From: Picochlorum sp. SENEW3
Taxonomy: Eukaryota
Length of the DNA: 64,000 bases
Assembly: GCA_034226945.1 (NCBI GenBank)
Contig: CP120456.1
Location: 496,001-560,000 of the forward strand
Reading direction: 5' to 3'
A program made the position numbers and the translations under genes. Of the stretch, positions 58,985 to 64,000 are shown piece after piece. The number at the start of each line of letters is the position of its first letter. The stretch's first letter is position 1. The notes under the pieces are model-generated. The model was not told the origin of the DNA. It did no database searches and saw only the letters and a list, made by a program, of their open reading frames with translations.

Positions 58985-59268
58985 CTGAACTGCGTTTCAT
59001 ACGACATGAGCGTACAAGAACCAACATACTGAGCATGACTGTACTCCCTTGTATATATAGTGAAATTTTATTACCATATCTTCCCGGTGGAATGAAGATT
59101 TCCGCAATGGAAGAATTCAAACCAATTCTGACTATTTAAGGAATCTATGTGGACAAGAGATCAAGGAATGGAATAGCTGCTGACGATTTCATACTATTTA
59201 TTCATTATTACAATACTCTAGTAAAACGATTGACTAGCAACACAAAGAAAAGACCCGCTCCTGTGTCA

Positions 59269-61670
59269 ATGGCTGGAGAATTAGAGTCTCTCTTGGGCGG
59301 GATTTTCTGGAACGACGACGGAGATGATAGCCCTTCTGATTCTAGAGAGATTTTAAAATATAACTATTTGACAGGGAAGCTGTACGTTGACTTGAATGCC
59401 AAGGAGATTTTTATTTTTGGTTTTTCACCTTCCTTGCTGTGTGTGCGCACAGGTTTGTTGTATGCGATGAAGGCACAATACGATATGCAAATGCTCGAGA
59501 AGGTATATTGAAAGATACATGGCCATTGGGCGACCGGCGTCGTGCAGAGGAGACGACACGATCAATGTCTGTTGGCACTCTGCAGCCTGTTCCGGACGTT
59601 GAAATCAACGTCGAGAAATGCGTGATGAACAAGAGCGGGACGATTGCTGTGGTGGCTGGTACAACAATGAGGGATCCTGAGATAAGCGGAGCAATGTTGA
59701 TTGATGTCGGAGCCCCTGGTGGGAGATTGGGGAATGAGGTGTCTGCAGCAGAGATTGACAGCAAGTTGTTCGAATCTCGTCCTGGTTTGCATGTGACTCA
59801 CATGGAATGGCATCCAGACAGTGAGCACCATGTTGTTATATTGACGTCGGATAATGTACTGAGGCTGTATGACTTGGAGCAGCCAGATTTTGCAGAACAG
59901 ATATTTGAGTTGAAATCTCAGAGGCTTAGTTTGAAGATTGAGGAAGAGGATACCGATTGGAATGACCCTGTACCGATTTCTTTTGGATTTGGTAGAGGGA
60001 GTGGTTGGAGTCGAGTATCGATCGTGATTCTCATGTCTGACGGGAATCTAAAGACCCTGTGTCCAGTGATTCCCTTTGGTGCAAGGTATTCTGGCAGATG
60101 GATTGCTGGCGTTATTGATACATGCGGCTCGGTAGGGGAGAGAAAATATGATGAGAGTATGATGTGGATTCATAAGGCTTTTGACATAGAGGCGAATGAT
60201 CTTGATGAGAAGACAATGTACAGAGTTGTACCCCATGCACTGGAATCTCATGTCCCAAGATTATCACCATCCTTGAGAATAGAGTCGAATGCGGCAGAAA
60301 AGGATAAAGATTCTGCTTTAAGTTGTCAGGTCTCAGCATTTCACGTATGGCATATTGGAGCGAGCTTGCTTGGAGTGGCAATGGCATCAGAGACTGGAAT
60401 GCTGAGAACTGGTGTCGTGACAACTAGTATTTCACCGCTGTGGGCATGTAATCCTCCTCAGTGTATTTTTAGAGGAGGCTCTATTGCAGCTGTACGATCT
60501 CAATGTGTAGATCAAAGGTTGTTGGATGCAGAACATAGATATTCTAGTGCAAGTTTTGTTGTGATTGATGACATTGTCTTGCCGGATGGGTCTGGTGCAG
60601 ATTCAACATCATATGGTGAAGGAGCCCCGTATGATATTCCCAAACTTCGATCGGATAACATATCAATCTTAAGAGATACAGCTTCTCCAGCAACATTACT
60701 CGTCTGTCAGCAGCATCTAGTCCACGGTGTGACTCTGGCATGGGCACCTCTTTTGGGAGATCATGTGTCCCATTGGGTGGATGATGTAGAACGAAAACCA
60801 TTGCCAGATGTCTTACCATTCCCATCTGTAGTTGAAATACATCATGTAGATAAGAATACTAGTCCCATGGTGAGCCATGCAGTGATAGGAGACAAATTGA
60901 GCGGGTCTGCTGTGTTGAGTGTCATGTCGGATGGTACATACATGTTGAACAAAATTGTCCCTAAGCCCTCAACGACTATACCCGTTACTCAGGGTAGCTT
61001 GGTCGATTTTGAAAGCAGGAGAAAGGAGATTGAGGACCATGTACAAGCCATCTATGCACCAATTACAGCAATACCATCTCCAGGCCCGTCACTCCAATTT
61101 GACAGGTCTGCACCAGTAGATTCGCCTCAAAACTACAGGGCATTAGTGGAAAGTATTGCTTCCCTGAGATCAAGCTATATAGAATTCTGCCACAAGGCTG
61201 AATGCACAACAGCAGATAGACTGGATTTCCTCAAGGATGAGGTGTCACAGCAATTTGAGAATGTAGAGAAAATTGCCAATGTGTTGGAGCAAATAGAGAA
61301 AAAACAAAAGACTCTGCGCTATCGCCAGGATAAAGTGCAGTTTATGGCATCTAATATAAAGGACAGAGTGAAATTATTGGCAGAACTGCATTGGGCAGTT
61401 CCTCAACCAGCATCTGAAGCTGAGAAGCACTTCCAACACCATGAACTGCCCATGCTGGAGTCAAACACGGCATCATTAGCTCAAGAGGTAGCTATGCTCC
61501 GATCCCAGGCGCAAGCAGTAAAACAATCAGGGAAAGTACAACAGCCACATGGCTCTGCTTCCAAAGCCTCACCAAGTGATTTGCGAAGAATCAGGGAAAT
61601 GCTATCAGAACACGACACCATCATTAGAGATATGTGCCGAAAGGTGCGAGCCATCGAGTCCAGTGTATAG
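59269..61670 (+). CDS. Nup88/Nup82-like nucleoporin (2 exons)
   Basis: EWHP...HVVILTSDNVLRLYDL, FGF...W, LMSDG...LCP propeller and a C-terminal coiled coil. Intron 59382-59452. Confidence 0.75.
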
Positions 61671-62096
61671 TGTTGCGTCTTCCTGCCGTGTATGAAGAGG
61701 ATGTAAAAAAAATGCCCTGATTTTTATATCTTGTTAACAAGACCGAGGAGATCCCCCGACTGTAACGTACAGCACTTTGTGTAAAGGTGAAAGTACTGAG
61801 AAGAGCGCCAGATAGAATTCTATATCTGGCGTCTTTCGATCGAATGTAACTTTGTTACAGAGACGCTTGGGGGATCAGTTGCAAGTATTGGCGCCATGAT
61901 CGACCGAAAGTAATCAACATAAAAGATTGGTGATTCCTTACACTATACGCATGTAAGATATGCAGGCAATCAAGAAAAAAAAAATTTGCAGTGGCCTCTT
62001 CAACTTTGGCAACTTCTTCTTTCCGTCAATGTAGGGAATGCGAAAAGATGACGTGCACATCCGTATATTCCAAACCAGGCCACTCAATTCTGTGTC

Positions 62097-62783
62097 TCAC
62101 AGGGAGAGCATGGCAACAAGAGTGCAGCCAACTGCTGCCCACAGGCTGCCAACAAAAGCCCCCGCAGATGCCTCTGTTGCTGCAGTTCCCATGGATCCAT
62201 CCATATCTCCGTGATCATGCCCATCATCTTCACTGTGATCCATATCCCCATCCATGGAGCCGCCCATGGCCATCCTCATGGACTCAGTCCCAGTGCCTTC
62301 ATAGCAATCTCCATCTTCAGCAAAGGTCAAAGGTCCATATGCGCTGACTCCATCAGTTGTATTTACCACAGCAAAGATGTGTCCCATACACATGTGACCA
62401 GCCAATTGCAACGCATTCGTCATGTTCCTCTCTTCTTTGAACAAAGTTGGCATATTCTCAGCCTTGATGGCACTGTCGCCAAAGGTACCATTATACGTGA
62501 GAATGGCCCCACCATCAACCTCCACTGGCTCCTTTTGCAGATCCAAATCCACCAGATTGGTGAGCACAGGGTTCAAAGCATCACCTCTGCGGTCGGCAAT
62601 TTCTGCCGTCAACAGCGACTCGGTCGAATTCAGCGTCCAGGTCCACTCTCCGTCGTGAATGTACGCTTGTACTTCACCGATGGAATCTCCATCATTCGTC
62701 TTCAATTCAGTGACGAAATACGTGTGAGCGGACGCATATCCAGCCAAGCAGGCGAAAAGAAGTGAAACGATAACGCTCTTCAT
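62097..62783 (-). CDS. Secreted, probably GPI-anchored protein (possible CHRD-like domain, His/Met/Asp-rich linker)
   Basis: Signal peptide MKSVIVSLLFACLAGYASA, linker MRMAMGGSMDGDMDHSEDDGHDHGDM, hydrophobic C-terminus. Confidence 0.75.
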   Translation of the reverse strand: MKSVIVSLLFACLAGYASAHTYFVTELKTNDGDSIGEVQAYIHDGEWTWTLNSTESLLTAEIADRRGDALNPVLTNLVDLDLQKEPVEVDGGAILTYNGTFGDSAIKAENMPTLFKEERNMTNALQLAGHMCMGHIFAVVNTTDGVSAYGPLTFAEDGDCYEGTGTESMRMAMGGSMDGDMDHSEDDGHDHGDMDGSMGTAATEASAGAFVGSLWAAVGCTLVAMLSL

Positions 62784-62945
62784 GTCCGTCGCGCAAAACG
62801 AATCTCTAAAGTTTACGTTTGTTACGGCCCGTAGTACCGAGTAGTACTCGTGCAAAACGAATCAATAAAAAGAATATCACACTGTACTTGCCAACGTGAT
62901 GGGATGAAATAACCGATCGAGCGTCGTCCAGATCTACTAGATATC

Positions 62946-63289
62946 CAGATCGATCTGACCGGATATCCGGATATGTCCGTACACACGTGTGTATGGTGTC
63001 CGTAGCGCTGGCGCCATGCATGGCCTATCCATATGGATCGATCGCGATCGCGATCTCCAGATGCAGAGATCGGATGGACCGTCATGTGGAGTCAACATTG
63101 TGGACCGCCCATAGCAGTAGTGCGCACCAAATCATAGCGCCATGGCACAGTGATCTATAGCATGTACAACTGTATACATATACTACAGTATATGTACTGC
63201 CACTCGTGGCGATACCGTTATCGCCATATCGATCGATGTACATGATACAGTATGCCTATATATCTCCACATTTTGGATCGGACATGTCC
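62946..63289. repeat. Palindrome-dense divergent promoter region
   Basis: CAGATCGATCTG, CCGGATATCCGG, ATATCCGGATAT, TACACACGTGTGTA, GCCATGCATGGC, ATCCATATGGAT, GATCGCGATCGCGATC, TACATATACT-ac-AGTATATGTA, TGGCGATA-ccgt-TATCGCCA, ATCGATCGAT, GGACATGTCC. Confidence 0.93.
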
Positions 63290-63543
63290 AAGTTCCTAAA
63301 CTTGTCAAGTTTGCAGGGAGGATGACAATATTGTCACATGACATTAATGTCGACGGTCTGCCGTTCTAGAACGTTCACTCGATGGAGTGAACTCTTCGAT
63401 CGGAGAATTCGGCCGTGGCCGACGTTCTTCCATGCATCAACGGAGCATGCCCATATCCTGATAAACACGTGAGGCATGCGCCTCACCTGCACAATATAAT
63501 TCAGTTTTTTTCTTTGAAAACTTACTACAAACAAATTAACAAA

Positions 63544-64000
63544 ATGGCTTCTACTATCGCTGCTTCATCTGTCGTTATCGCTCCAAGAGCTGCTGCTTCT
63601 TTCAAGCCAGCCGGAAAGACTGCCGCCAGGGCCAGCATTGTCAACAACCGCGTTGCTGCCAAGACCAATGCTTTCCAGGTATGATTTACATGTTTATTGA
63701 AGCACAGTTTATGACACGCGTGAGCTCCAATGCGCGACGTTCCAAGTCAGCGCCTCGGTGCACTCCGCCATTGTGAACAAGGCGCTAACCCTCGTTGTTT
63801 GTCATCATGCAGGTGTGGAACCCAATTGACAACAAGTTCTTCGAGACTTTCTCTTATCTCCCACCACTCTCTGAGGAGGAGATCATCAAGCAGGTTGACT
63901 ACATTGTCCGCAACGGATATACTCCATGCTTGGAGTTCTCTTCCCCAGAGACTGCCTATGTCAAGTCCACCAACACTGGACGTATGTCTGGAGGAGTGAC
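63544..64000 (+). CDS. RBCS: Rubisco small subunit, truncated by the window end
   Basis: Transit peptide [18 protein letters not shown], intron 63679-63812, then [36 protein letters not shown]. Confidence 0.97.

Noticed and set aside
61806..61831. Hairpin as a rho-independent terminator or MITE end
   Set aside because: The context is eukaryotic and there is no matching terminal repeat or target-site duplication. It is counted under the palindrome pattern instead.

Overview
This is a very gene-dense eukaryotic nuclear window with about 33 protein-coding genes in 64 kb. Introns are few and mostly short GT-AG (about 60-100 nt), and intergenic gaps are often under 300 bp. RBCS, TIC62 and plant-type RLT, GT77 and GT47 genes indicate a green alga with a compact genome (Picochlorum-like trebouxiophyte, by inference). 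Most genes are housekeeping: PRP28, SNU114, MAGO, CPSF100, pelota, MAK11/PAK1IP1, RPS21, RPLP1, UCP and Nup88-like. Seven items stand out. (1) An intronless 1.6-kaa GH13-GT5-multi-TM protein with the architecture of fungal alpha-1,3-glucan synthases. (2) Chains of interlocking perfect palindromes in upstream intergenic regions, densest at 1016-1128, 51222-51271 and 62946-63289. (3) A TMEM230 stop codon followed 3 nt later, in frame, by the ATG of a homocysteine S-methyltransferase ORF, a candidate bicistron. (4) A candidate stop-containing cassette exon in the long RPS21 intron. (5) A secreted, His/Met-rich protein with a predicted N-terminal His and many upstream GTAC motifs, a candidate copper-regulated metal binder. 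(6) A secreted DUF285/BspA bacterial-type repeat protein. (7) A fasciclin + GT77 + GT47 cell-wall gene neighbourhood. No rRNA, tRNA, CRISPR or transposon was recognised. All calls come from motif recognition by eye, and no database searches were run.
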